A stretch of 63,277 bases of DNA, counting the filler, from Perkinsus chesapeaki ATCC PRA-425 (Eukaryota; Protista; Perkinsozoa): assembly GCA_013115145.1 (NCBI GenBank). It is 5 parts of 5 records of this genome, joined end to end, with 100 filler letters (N's around TTAATTAATTAA, not from the genome) between each part and the next. Parts side by side here need not be neighbours in the genome. Positions count along the whole stretch, not along the records: positions 1 to 31,828 come from JAAPAO010000412.1; positions 31,929 to 46,219 come from JAAPAO010000756.1; 3 more parts are not named here. One strand, given 5' to 3'. The notes under the pieces are model-generated. The model was not told where the DNA came from. It did not search any database and saw only the letters and a program-made list of their open reading frames with translations. Every line of letters starts with the position of its first letter. Position 1 is the first letter of the stretch. Positions 25,401 to 38,062 of this stretch are shown piece by piece. The position numbers were made by a program, and so were the translations under genes.

Positions 25401-27518
25401 CTCCGATTCACCTCCATTCTTCCCATCATGGTCGTCTATCAGGCAATGGGAGGCCCGTGCTGGACTGGCCCTCTTCATGACGCCTCCTTCGTATCTGCTA
25501 TGTTGGCGGAGAGCTCTGATTCTCTGAGGAAAACAGAGCGGTTCCCGGGAGTAACTGCCTGGAAGAAGGTAACAGAACTCGGGCCGGGTCTAGTGCGCTC
25601 ATTAGATGCGGAAAGCTGGGCGGGTGAAGAATTTACCGTCACTGGTGGCACATGTAGGGGAGCATATGCGTCGATAGAAATAATTATACGAATATTTTGC
25701 ATCGAGCCGTCTGATTGCGCTGTATCTTCCAGCTCTGGAAGATACAAGGATACCTATTTGCACAGATGGGAAATAATAATCGTTAGAGTCGAGCGAATTA
25801 ATTACACTGCACTTCATTGGAGAACTGGAGTAAGATATAGAACTTCGGGGGAGTTAATAAAAAAGCGTCACTTTTACGGTATCTTATATCCCTGCAGACA
25901 ATTCGGTGATAAGGGTGGTATCCGGTTTTTAGGTTCATGGCCTCCTAACAGCAGTGTCGATGGAGCTGCCTGGCTCCCCTCTCTTCTACACCCTCGATGG
26001 CCTTATGTCGATATCGAGGGCACCGAACTGTCCGTTACAAAAGTTCAAGAACACCTTAGTGAATCTGGGTGGGATACACCTCAGTCTGAGTTATCGTATC
26101 GGCTATCAGGTTACAAAGTGAGTCATTTCCACCGGGAACCGATGGCAATTAAGAGCGATGCTCCGGCGGAAGTCGTCTTTGATTTGGTAAGATGGTGGGC
26201 GGTCTCACGTCATACCATACTTCTTCCTAATCCTCGGGGAGTGATGTGTGTACTAGTGGCTATTATAAGTTCCACAGTATCCCCGTGTAATCACCAGAAC
26301 TCGACACCTGGTGGATTCGTAGAACCTCAACTATTAACAATTTGGCAATTCTGGCACGCGCAAAATTTTCGCTCGCCCATATATCAGTAACTAGGCATGA
26401 AACGGTTACAATATTTTGACAAGTGGGTCTGAACTACCATATGCATAACATATCCGAAAATGAGCACTAAACTCGTTCTTCCCGTTGTGAAGTAATGATA
26501 TTATTTCAAAATATTCTAAGTTTATTTGGAGGACTGTACACATCAATGAGTACTACTAGCGCTAGGGGGAACTCGGATTGTGTACTTGCACAATCACACC
26601 CTAGTTGTAGGCAGGGAATTTTGTAGGGTGTAGAAGCACTGGTTTAGAAATCCGCTGAGATTACAACCTTACAAAACCTTGATGAGCCTTCTGTATTTTA
26701 TCTTTATCTATTACCAGTGGCTATGTGTATCATTATATATGCTATTGCTGTATGTATTGTAAATGACCAGGAAGTCGTTTCCAATGCCTCTGTATGCCTT
26801 TTCAAACCAATTGACTGCTGAGGCAGCAACGGCCGTTACCTTCAGGCTCGAGCGTGGGCATTACAGCACCAGGAGTCCTCGGGTGTGATACTGAAGCCAA
26901 AGATAGAAGGCTTCCTTGAAAAGGGGACGAATAGCCTGCCTGATGGTGGCGATTGGAGGAAGATCGACTTCGACCAAGTTCCCCCGCGGTCGGGTGGGGA
27001 GGAAGGTGAGCACCGGCTGATTCATGCACGCCTATTGCTGTGAATATTGAATATTACGTCATTTCAGATGAGCAGGAAGATGACGAAGAAAAGCATCATA
27101 AAAAGCGGACGCCGATGTGAGCGCCCATTCACGTCGCCCTCCACTGGCAGCTGTATACGATAGAGCAGCTCATTTAACACTATAGTGGTCACGAATGGCG
27201 GCTGGTATATGAAATATACTAATTGCTATACTACATTATTGCTATAGCACATGCCAGATTTTTCTTAGCCGAACTGGCTGGGTCACAAAATGAACTTATT
27301 CCATGGCGTTGTTCTGTCTGTGGTTCATTTGCGTTCATCTTCTGTACTTCGGTGCAAGAGTGAAATGGTATGTTAGGTTCCTCCCAAATCCCGAGTCGAA
27401 TTGGGGGCCTAAGAGAGCTGCAGCAGGCTGGCCTGGTGGAAAGTGCAAGAAAGCCAAGACCCATCATGAAGGCCAGGATGCTGCTTCACCGTCGACAGGA
27501 GATGATGAGGCTTGTTGA
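22471..27518 (+). CDS. TRM1: tRNA (guanine-26-N2,N2)-dimethyltransferase; start approximate
   Basis: VFYNPVQ|[73 protein letters not shown], and C-terminal [13 protein letters not shown]. Confidence 0.93.
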
Positions 27519-28036
27519 ACTGCTGTTCTTGAATCTACCAAACGTTGTTTCTACCACTGTCAACTTAGTGTGTGGGGTTGTGACATTTGCTGGCATCAGT
27601 GAAGCTATTGCTGGGGTAGACTCGTACAGTAGGTTGGGGATGCCCTTCTGTGAAGGACATAATGAGAACGTTCGTGGAACAATGACTTGCCCTTTCGTGA
27701 AACCTGTACGCATTTCCAGAGCCATTGCACATCATTTGTCGGACTCCTTCGCCTCCCCAACCGATTAGACAGAAACGGAATATTCACCTTCTGTTAAAGT
27801 TACATAACGTACTATCAGTGAAAGCTAGTATTGAGTCAACTATCTGATATAAGATGAGTAACATTTCGCTGTGTTAGTGGTCTGTTCGACACGGCTCTGA
27901 GAGACACTCTCTGCCTCACCACCAAAACATTTCGCCTTTTCGGTGGTATCATAGTGTCTCAGCAATGTCTATGGCTATCGAAACGATTGATAGTGGCAAA
28001 TCTCGGAGTTAGAATTAATTATCATTTTTCATCATT

Positions 28037-30174
28037 ATGGATGACGACTCGGATTGTGACATGGTGTCGGCGGTCTCTGATGTGAGCTCCGATTCCGAGC
28101 AAGGTAAGTTGTAGTCTACCGCCTGCAATACGGTCTTTAGTGGCTTCCATAGACATGTAAGTAGCAGCCTATACTAGCGTGTGATGCAATATTATATGTC
28201 GTATTTTTCGTCATAATATATACAAATAGCGTACAGTGAGAATTGATGACAAGATCATCACCATACGATTCACCTACTGCGAAATATCACTGATAAGTTA
28301 TTCGGGTGCTATAATAATAATTGTTGGTAATAATACTATAAGCGTTATCACTTTAACGGCGGCTTGGCCAATGAGATCAGAATATGTCACAGTATGATAT
28401 ATTACATCTCGGCTTCCTGACCCACATTCGATTGAATCACTTTTACCCTATATAACATGTCCCAGTACATCTTTTTGTATAGCCTCCCCTCGGCCCCAAT
28501 GTGGTTCACTCTAGCAGCCCCTGTGTGTCTGGATTCACAGTAGGCTTTATTGCCGAAGAGCGTCGGTCACATGTTCGCATGGAGAGACTTTGTTGAATAG
28601 TTCCTCTGTTACAAGAACTAGTCTTCCAAAAAACCGTAAAATGCAGATATTAAGTGCTTGTATCGGAAGTGAAAATTAAAACCTCAAAAGAATGTGGTTA
28701 TGTGGCAAACTTTGGTATCTCAGATGACAACCCATTGTCCAAGGTAATCCAGATGCTTGAGAAGTACAACTTCAAGGATAACCCTGAGGCGGTTGGAGTC
28801 ATCACAGAGACGATAGCCGGTGTTATCAGAGACAACGAGGTAAACGCTGCCGCCTTGGCTCTGCTAGGGATAGTTGTCATCCTGTCTATATGCTACGCGT
28901 TTCAGAGCGATACCGAGCTCATCCTTAAGAGCACGGAGATATTATCAGACATGGCTTCACCCGAGCACGGTCCGCCTCACTGGAGGTGCGCCTTGGTCTT
29001 CAGGGCCCTGCTACCCGTTATCCTAATGGACAATGTAAAGATCTGAGTATCTGCACTTACGGTAGATTCTTCCGCATTATTTAGTATCCAAAGGAGAAGA
29101 CAGTGGCGGCCCCGACGGCATCCATGCGGTCTGCTAAGGACATAATACTGAGATGGATAATCGTAAGAGCGTTGGCGGTCTTTTCGAAAGTCACTTTGGT
29201 GTGAAGCTCTCCCTCTTTGTGGGCATTCAACGCTTTTTCTCTCTTCAACTGTGGCCAAAATTATGGAGCATTTCCCTCCTAATATTTCCAAGTCTATTAT
29301 ATATATCTCAATACAACAGTAATAGCAGCACCAGCAGCATGCAACCATCTCCCTCCAGTGACCCCCTATGTAGGTAAGGAGGAGAAAGCAGTTGGATATA
29401 ATTTCCATCTTATCCCTTCCTTCTTCACAAACGCGTGTTTTGTAGCTCCTCTGTTGCTTAATCTTGTGGCATTCTCACCGCAGAGAGAGCAATAGAAAAT
29501 CCGCAGGGGGTTCTTGTCATCACGAAACCGTACTCATTTATATTTATAGGGCTGGAATATATTATATTCAATATCATAGAAATTTCGACTTGGAATAGTG
29601 TGAACGGCATATCCCTAGCAACCATGCGGACTCCAGTTGCGCTGCTTTTGGTGCCCTTCTACAAGCACATTAACAGGAATAGTGGAGCAAGCTTAGCAAT
29701 ACCAATTTTTGCTCCTGGAAGGGGTTATTAATTCAGGCCTTCGTGAAGGAGCATCCGGCTCTGTTATGTCGTCGATTGGTGGAGAAAGACGTGGAGGAGG
29801 ATGGAGGGGATGATGAGGAGGGGGAAGAGGAGACGCCAAGCGGGGTGAACAGTCATTATTGTGCCCGTTATGTTGGTGCTTCCAGCGGAGGGCCTTTGGG
29901 ACTTCGATAAAAATAAGCGGAAAACCACCGGGGAGTTTTCGACATTTCTGAAGCTGTAGCTCTAAGTATAGCATTATGACGCACTTGCTGTAGAGATTTT
30001 TTACAACTAGGAAGAGATTTGAGCGCTAGTGAGACAATACCATTGCTCTATTCAGAGTGAAGACGAGGCCGATGAAGGTAGAGGAAGCAGAGATCAGCGG
30101 CAACGCAAACGGAGACGGCAGGACGGCGAGGTGCGTCTCGATGGGGGGGGGGGGGGGGGCGGGGGGGGGGGCGG

Positions 30175-30222
<48 letters not shown>

Positions 30223-31755
30223 GAGTGGTGTGGNNNNNNNNNNTTAAAAAAACAATTGCCATATAATATTGGAAACCATGGCCCTTAACGGTTACGTACC
30301 CCATATCACCGGGAAACCAAAACGGGACGGGCCGTCCGGGGTGGGGGGGTCGCTAACCCCCCCCCCCCCCTGATTCACCTCGATGGGCCGTTGGTGGATC
30401 ATTCCGTGCTGCCAGGGTGGCAAGAGGAGACGTGGCGTTGCAGCTGCTGATGATGAGAGCAGCGATTCTGATGAGGAGCCAGGGTCTGGGGAGCCGGTGA
30501 GGAGGCGGGGGAAGAGAGGGCCAGCACAGGATGATGATGATAGTGAGAATGAGGATGGTAATCGTGGAGGAAGGAAGAAAGAGGTAGGAGGTGCTGGGGA
30601 GATGGATAGGGGAAATTGATGCTAATCCGCACTGGTCCATCGTTAAATCGTTCCTATTAATTATTGTACGTAACAATGATTTTATCAAGTATTATTATTA
30701 CACAGTATAATGAGATGACTAAAGTGACAAATTTAAAGAGAAGAATCTTGGAGACAGCAGGGGCAGAGGTGAATAGTGTGGAGGAAGGAAGACATCGGTG
30801 TTGTTGGCTCGGGGTGGTAGCCCGAGCTGCTTCACCTTCAGTCACGCGCCCTTTAATTTCTTTAATACTTCACTGCGCTACTTACCATTAATTAAAGTGC
30901 CAGCGCGTTCAATTTCGGATAAGTTAATAGACGATGCGTGGCAGGTTATGATGGATCCAGTGATGGGGCTAATCCAACGTATCTGTACACTTTGCCCAGA
31001 GAAGAAGGATTGGAGAGAAGCCGCTGCGGTGGTAGGTCTGCTGTGTGGTTCATCAGCGTTGTCTCGGCACACTACTGGTACATGGTGGTATAGATCTTTT
31101 AATGGCTGCTCTATACAGTGGGACGTTTTCAGACCATTGTTACCCTACTAGAGAGCTTCGCTGAACAGGTGGTGGAGTTGGACTTGGATGAGGGAACGCT
31201 TACCGTAAGCATTCCTCGTTGTGAGTGATATTTCCTATGCTTTACAACGAATAATAGACAGACAAACGAGCTCGATCTGAGTCAGTAGCCTGCATTTTCC
31301 TGAGGCTAATGCGTTGAATTAACATTCTCGGATTCCTTCGTTCTTCTTACTCTTTCCTGGCGTGCTCAGGTAACCTGAACCGTATTTGCCCGCATCACGT
31401 TTGCATTTTCAGAGCCGCTTCGCTTCGTTTGTCGAGCTCCTACTCACCACTAACCGAGCAGGCTTCCGAGCCTTCGCAATCGACGTCGTCAGCGTGCTGG
31501 TGATGCGTGCGGAGAAGGTGGCCTCTAGTTCTTCAGCGCAGGGTGGTACTGTGGGTGCCAGGTACAGCTGGAGAAGGAGACGGGCAGGATACTGCTTGAA
31601 GGAGTCTTGGGATGCGTGTTGGATCCTGTATGGACGAGATGACGGAAAGTCGGTATGGTCTCGTTGTAGGTATCATCGGTGCGTTCTAAGGCGATACTTG
31701 GAGTTGGGAATTTACTGAAAGCTTTGGTGATGGGGGCGGATGATATGATGGTAAG
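28037..31755 (+). CDS. HEAT-repeat (Hawk) condensin subunit, CAP-D3-like; N-terminal part only, broken at the gap
   Basis: Exons LIQRICTLCPEKKDWREAAAVV, RFASFVELL...FRAFAIDVVSVL and LYGRDDGK|VSSVRSKAILGVGNLL resemble CAP-D3 motifs (C.K..DK.E.R; R.FA.E; R..DK...VRSKA) by recall, not by search. Confidence 0.55.
30143..30221. repeat. Near-pure poly-G tract in an intron (poly-C at 30357-30370 nearby)
   Basis: ~79 nt of G with four C interruptions, next to a 10-N gap. Confidence 0.8.
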
Positions 31756-31828
31756 GGGAATGGCCATCACTTTAAAAGGGAATGGACATCACTTTAAAAG
31801 GGAATGGCCATCACTTTAAAAGGGAATG
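31756..31828. repeat. 22-bp intronic minisatellite running into a gap
   Basis: Unit GGGAATGGCCATCACTTTAAAA x3.3, starting just after a GTAAG donor. Confidence 0.9.
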
Positions 31829-33655
31829 NNNNNNNNNNNNNNNNNNNNNNNNNNNNNNNNNNNNNNNNNNNNTTAATTAATTAANNNNNNNNNNNNNNNN
31901 NNNNNNNNNNNNNNNNNNNNNNNNNNNNCAAAATATCTTCAGGAAGCTGTGTGGCCGTCCCCGCTGCCTCCAGAATAGCAAAACCGTCCAAAGCGCGTGG
32001 CGCTCGTTTGACGAATACGTGATTGAACCTTCCCTGTGACCTGATCAACTGCCCTACTCCACGCTCCGTACTATCCATTCATACCCTTGTGTCAACTTTG
32101 TTAGATTTAAAGGCTTGATGGGTAACGTAGATGCTTTATTAATTGGACTGTTTGAATTAACCGGCTGCATTTAGGCAAATATGATAAAGAATAGCTGTCC
32201 TTGGTAATAACGAAGACCCTACAACCTCGTATGTCCTTGCCACATCTCGCCCATAGAGTTAGGTTGAAGTGCGCGAGTGGCAGAGGATAGGGAAATTACC
32301 AAGCCGAGGGAGGATACTAAAAGCATATACGCCAGAGTTCATTTACATGTCACCGCCAAATTCAAACTGATGGGGATGTCTCGAAATAGAACGTACGAAA
32401 GTCTGTCCCCCCCAAACAAGCGTTTCCTATCAAATGTCATCCAACTTGTAAGGAAATGTATGTTGTCTTTGATCACGGGCAATACATGAGCTCACAGTAC
32501 ATCACGATTCTTCCGCTCAAAGGGGGTGGCCGTTATCTTCGACTTACGCTTCTCCCTAACATCTCGGGCTTTATCCTTCAGCGAGTCCTCGACTACTCTC
32601 AGCGACTTGGAGTAGCTGCAAGTTTTCGCCGTAAGGATTGTGAGATACACCTGGCGCTATCGGAGTATCTTTTTTCATCTGTCGCTCGCCTTGAAACCGT
32701 AAGATTCCCTGCTCCGTTACACTACAATATCTAGTCGCCTCGGGCCCCGATTGAAATATTTCAGCAACGGCAGCTGGTCCAAGTCCCGTCCAAGCTTTTA
32801 CCGAAGGAAGCAAAGCTAAGAGGATTAAAAGACTCAAGAGACGATATTATTGGCCGCAGCCTAAGAACAGATGGATGTGATTGTTGTGTCGTGCTGTATT
32901 ACTCGTTAATAAGAAATGTTTCAATTGTTGTCCCTCGGGATTTACCCTGATTCCCGACTCGGGAATCCCGAGTCTTCAACAGCCAAATAACTCCTAATTA
33001 AACGTATCATGGGTTTGTCCACCGGTCCATCCTGCGGCGCCCCCCATTCACTACAGTTCGACTGTCCGGTAGTTGCAGCAGTCCGCAGCAATCCGTGCTC
33101 CCCCATTGTAGGATATGCGACATGCGAGGCGTCGATTGGATACATCTCTAACCCAATCGACGTAGGTATGGAAGATGATGTATGATAATGAGTATGATGC
33201 TGACTAGTGCCCTCCAGTGTACCATGGTTCTGCGCTAATAGTTTAATAAGGTTTTCCCAAGTCCCTTGTATTTATTCCAAAGCCAGCTCTCATTTGTACT
33301 TCTTGACTGCCGACACCAATGAGCTGAACAGCCATTACATGACCATGAAAACATGTGACTGAAGCTTACTGGCCAGCCCGTTACTACATCCGTTCTGGCC
33401 CTTTTATTACCCTTGAACGCTTGGAGACGTCTCACGCTTTCTTGACATGCACTCTAATGACTGCGTTGTGATCACCTTTCAAACATTCGAAAAAACAAAT
33501 TGTTAAGACGCAGCGACTATTTTCGTGGCGCGCGGTAATTTTAATGCTAAGCCGGGATCCAAAAATTCCGTGGTCCCTCCCGAATTTACTCAAGAACTCC
33601 TTCAACGAACTTTACCCCATTCACTTATACAGCCCCTTATTTCTTTGCTTTCCTT

Positions 33656-36607
33656 ATGGGTAATCGTCCAGTATTCCCCCCATTCCCTTGTTCATATGAG
33701 GTAGGTATCCATTAATAGACAGCATCCATTATCGACATACAGGTCCCTAATTCAGCAGTGCCTGGTGTGAGCGGTCCAGTGTACCGTCATCCGGACCATG
33801 TTGAGCAGTTGCTCAGCCATTTCGAAGGAGAGGACGGTATAGTTACTAGTTTTGATGTGTTTAGGGATGTAAGCTATATAAGCAATGGTCGGGTGTTATT
33901 TAGTTCTCAGGCGGCGGAGAGATACCCTGATCGCCCCTGTCATGGTACACGTCCATTATTAGATGATGGTGGTGTTGGACCTTTTGAATGGCAAACATAT
34001 AAAGATGTTTATAATAGAATAGTTAATTTTGGTAGAGGTATTGAAGAATTAAATCTATTATCTGATGATGGTTCAATGAGATTAATTGGTTTATATATGA
34101 AAAATAGATCTGAATGGGTTATTGCTGAACAAGGTGCATTTACTAGAAGGGCAACAACAGTACCATTATATGATACTCTTGGAGAAGATGCCGTTGAATA
34201 TGTTATTAACCAGACCCTCTTGAAGACTGTGATATGTAGCTCCGAGGAGATCCCCAAGCTCCTAGCCTGCAAGCCCTGTTGTCCTTCTCTCAAATGTATA
34301 GTGTGCCTCAATACTACCGAGTCCATTCAAGCGTCCTGTGAGGCTGCTAACCTTGAACTCATTGACTTCCATCAAGTGGAAGTCTGTGGGTCTGTTGTTA
34401 CCTATGAGCCTTTGTCCGGTCAAAGCTTGGATATTGGCACTTTCTGCTACACCAGCGGCACTACTGGTGTTCCCAAAGGGGCCCTGCTTAGTCAGGGAGG
34501 GATGCTGGCCAATATCGCAGGATTGACGGAGTTCGTCACCACTAAGAGCCCGCTTATTGATTTTGGTTCCACCACCGAGACCTATCTCAGCTACTTGCCT
34601 CTGGCCCATGTAATGGAGCGTTTGATACAGGCGATGATGTACCACTTCGGGGCAGCTATTGGGTTCTCTCAAGGTGATCCAAGGAAGATAATGGATGATG
34701 TTCGAGCTCTCAGACCTACCCTGTTTGTTGGGGTGCCGAGAATTCTCAATAGGATATATGATGGTGTTGTGGCTGATGTCCGTAAAGTTGGCGGAGCGAA
34801 GCAGGCCATATGTGAAAGGGCCCTGAAGGAGAAAAAGGAAGGCCTTAGCAGAGGCTTCATAAAGCATCCTATCTGGGACTCTGTGGTTTTTAACGGTATT
34901 AAGGCCAAGTTGGGGCTAGACCGTGTCCGCTTGGTTGCATCGGGAAGTGCCCCACTGGCGTCCTATGTCCTTCTGTTCCTGAGGGCTCTATTGGGCTGCC
35001 CAGTTGTGGAAGGTTATGGTCAGACTGAGGCGACATGTGCGGTCAGCTATGGCCACATGCATGATTTTACTGTGGGCCATGTCGGACTGCCTGTTGGGTG
35101 CCTTGAGATCAAACTGGTGGACGTGCCAGAAATGGGGTATAGATCAACTGATACTGAACATGGTAAGGAGGAGGAGGGTTATGTGGGATACAGAATTCAG
35201 TGTGTAGGTGGTGATGCTGGTGGTGAGAGTATGGAGTGCAAGGGTCGAGGCGAGATATGCTATAGAGGTCCGTGCACCTTCAAAGGGTAGACAGCTCGAT
35301 ACGGTTATGGCTGTATAGAAGATGTCATTGATAGATACTACAAGATGCCAGATAAAACCGAAGATACTATCGATACCGATGGTTGGGTTCATAGTGGTGA
35401 TATTGGTATTTGGTTGAAGGATGGACAATTGAAGATTATTGATAGGAAAAAGAGTATATTTAAACTAAGTCAAGGAGGTAAGCAACATGAATATGCCGTC
35501 CTTTGCGTTACCTCTGGTTTCCCTCTAGAGTACATAGCCCCTGACAAAGTTGAGAATACAGTCGTCGAGTCGCCATTAGTCGCTCAAGCCTTCGTCTACG
35601 GTAACAGCTTCCAGTCCCGTCTAGTTGCCATAATAGTACCGGACCTAGAATACTTGTTGGAGCATTTCCCGAGTATCACGACCGGCATTAAGTAACGTTC
35701 TAGACAGTCTGGCTGCCGGTTATGGTTCTTCAGGAGCTCCGAGGAGCTGTGTAGTGATGAGGGTGTTAGAAGGCTCGTTATGAGGAGCATCAATGACGTT
35801 AGCAATGAGGGCAATAAACTTAGGGGATTTGAGAAGGTAATCAGCGGCTGCGGTGGTCGGTAGCAACGTATGGACGTCGACGACCTCGAAATATTAGTAT
35901 CAATGTCCAGGTATATTCAGTAGAACTGCAGTAGGGTGGTGATGCAGCTTTGAGGGCATAATTTCGAGCAGTAGAGCGTTGACAGCTGAAAGTTTGTGGT
36001 TGAGTGTTGGTGCTGATTTCGAATCCGTGGCCTGGGCATAATCCCAAACGACTATGAGCTATACTAGGTTCACATTTATTACATGTCATTTAGTAGTAAG
36101 GCTCATAATGCCGAATAACGTGTTATTGTTATCGATGGTAACTTACCCTCTAGTGTCCTCAACTACATACAGTAGCTACTACTAGCAATTTTTCATTGTC
36201 CAATGGTGATAACCTTCTGAGCGATCCTCAGCCTTTTGCCGTCAAACCACAGTTTGTCTAATACAGGGTTAAGTTGAGGCTCTAAGGCTTTCTATCATAG
36301 CGAGCTTGGCCGTACAGTGCCTTATAGCATTCGGTGGCTGAACTAGACCGTCTGGTCGATCTCGTTAATGTGTAAGTTTTCAGGTTAAAGCAATTCATTT
36401 GACACCAGCGCCGTTCACTATTGACAACGGCCTTTTGACGCCTTCCTTCAAGCTTAAGAGGGAAGTTGCACTTCAAACTTATCGACAGGAGATCAATGCC
36501 CTGTATGAGGAAATAGGGGATAAAGTAGTAGCCTTCGTAGCCTCCTCCAGCTGTCCAACGCCTACTGCTCTTTCAAGGTATCCAATGGCAGCCTTATTCG
36601 TCAATGA
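33656..36607 (+). CDS. ACSL: Long-chain acyl-CoA synthetase (AMP-binding), paralogue 1
   Basis: YTSGTTGVPKG, SYLPLAH, VEGYGQTE, GDIGIWLKDGQLKIIDRKKSIFKLSQG|EYIAP, LLTPSFKLKR; last exon VSNGSLIRQ* parallels paralogue 2. Confidence 0.95.
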
Positions 36608-37027
36608 GACTCAACTGTATCTCATTTTTTCTGCTGCAGTCTGTGTGCTTAGCAGCATTTTTGCCTCTGACGCCTCGGCGTTATTTCTTTTATCATCATT
36701 CGTCACGATGATGATTATTGTCTAGTATTCTTGACACCTCCTTCACCGCTTCTTGAGCCTTCAACTTGAGGGCTTCTTTGACATACTTTCACACCTTATG
36801 TTTGTCTCCATCACACCATCATTCCGCTTTGCGTTCTGTCATCATCATCGTCGTTAACAGTGAAACTAGGCGCGAAGCGACGGGAAAATGAGTTAACAGT
36901 AAAGTGTGATGCGCCGCCGCACCGTTACTCGCTCGCCTGTGTAGTGCAAGTTGCATGAAAAGGCTATTTTGGGCTGAAGTTGCGGAGACGCTTTCCAATT
37001 GAAGTTTTAGTGAATCTCTGCAGTTAA

Positions 37028-38062
37028 ATGGCTCGCAAATCATTCAGCAGCATCTTCGTTGCCGCCACTCTGTTTGTGGCTCAACTGGTAGGCGCTACTA
37101 AGTCAGTTTTAAGTTGTAATATCGTTGGTGTTTCAGATGGGCGCCGTTGAGGCCCGCAAACCCAAGGTGAGGTTGTAGACCATCGAAATGCATGTTCAGA
37201 CTTTATTAGGCCCTCGGTGTCTGCTCCCTGAATCATCGTCATTTGAGTGTTGTCAAGATCAGAGCAAACGAGGGCACAAACGTTCTTAAGAAGGCTTGGA
37301 ACCGTCTCCGCGGCAGGAAGCACATTGACAGTCGCATGCCACATGTAAGGGTCGTGAATGATAGCCACAGTATAGTGCTGATCAGGTTGAATTCGTCCTT
37401 GCTGAGGGTGAGGCACTGTTCACCTCGTATTTCTCTCGTGGTGAGCAGAAGCACTTGGAATCCGGCAAGTCTGGCGACATGATTACCCTTACTGGTGGCC
37501 CGGCAAAGCTGCCAACTCAAGACATGAAATGCCGTATCAGAAAGAGAGGTGACAGGCGTAACGTTGTAAGGAAGCTCGGAGCCTCGGTAAGTTACCGCTA
37601 AGTGTTTGTGATGATCATCTTATCGAGCAGATTGGCGCTATCGGCTACCTCGATGACGGTCAATGGCGTTTCCTCCAGCCGGACTACTCCAAGGGCGATA
37701 CTGTGTCCGTTGGATATCTCAATGTTCGCTCTGAGGAGACCGTTGGGACCGTCTACTTCCGCCGTGGTGAACCTTCAGTGCACATGGATGAGGATAAGAC
37801 GGTCATAGCCGACAGCACCGACAACACCCAGCACAAGCTCGCATTCGTCCACTCTGAGGCCGCTAAGAGATTCTATGACGCTATCCATTCCGTGACGGAG
37901 AACGACGTTTTCGGCAACACCGTCTCTCGCAGCCAGGTGGGTTTGAATCGTTTGTCAGCGTTTGAGGAGTATCTATAGGTTGGCGGTGACGGCTCAGCTG
38001 TTTCGACTGATGACAGAGATGCCTTGGAGCCTTCTGATTTCGAGGTAGATAACAGCCAGTAG
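37028..38062 (+). CDS. Hypothetical secreted protein (5-6 exons)
   Basis: In-frame splicing gives MARKSFSSIFVAATLFVAQL|MGAVEARKPK|...HKLAFVHSEAAKRFYDAI...DNSQ*; signal-peptide-like N-terminus. Confidence 0.6.

Noticed and set aside
25371-26390. 339-aa ORF as a separate gene
   Set aside because: Mosaic of TRM1 exons and read-through introns.
19227-27518. tRNA-Arg, SHMT and TRM1 adjacency (and AsnRS nearby) as a functional cluster
   Set aside because: Ordinary housekeeping neighbours in a gene-dense eukaryote; no evidence of co-regulation.
30026-30304. Poly-Gly and poly-Pro ORFs
   Set aside because: Read-through of an intronic poly-G tract.
31873-31884. TTAATTAATTAA inside N runs (also 46264-46275, 59915-59926, 61541-61552)
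   Set aside because: Identical six-frame stop linker centred in gaps; assembly padding, not biology.
36399-36725. Hydrophobic C-terminal tail on ACSL paralogue 1
   Set aside because: Splicing after EIGDK gives VSNGSLIRQ*, matching paralogue 2; the tail is intron/UTR read-through.
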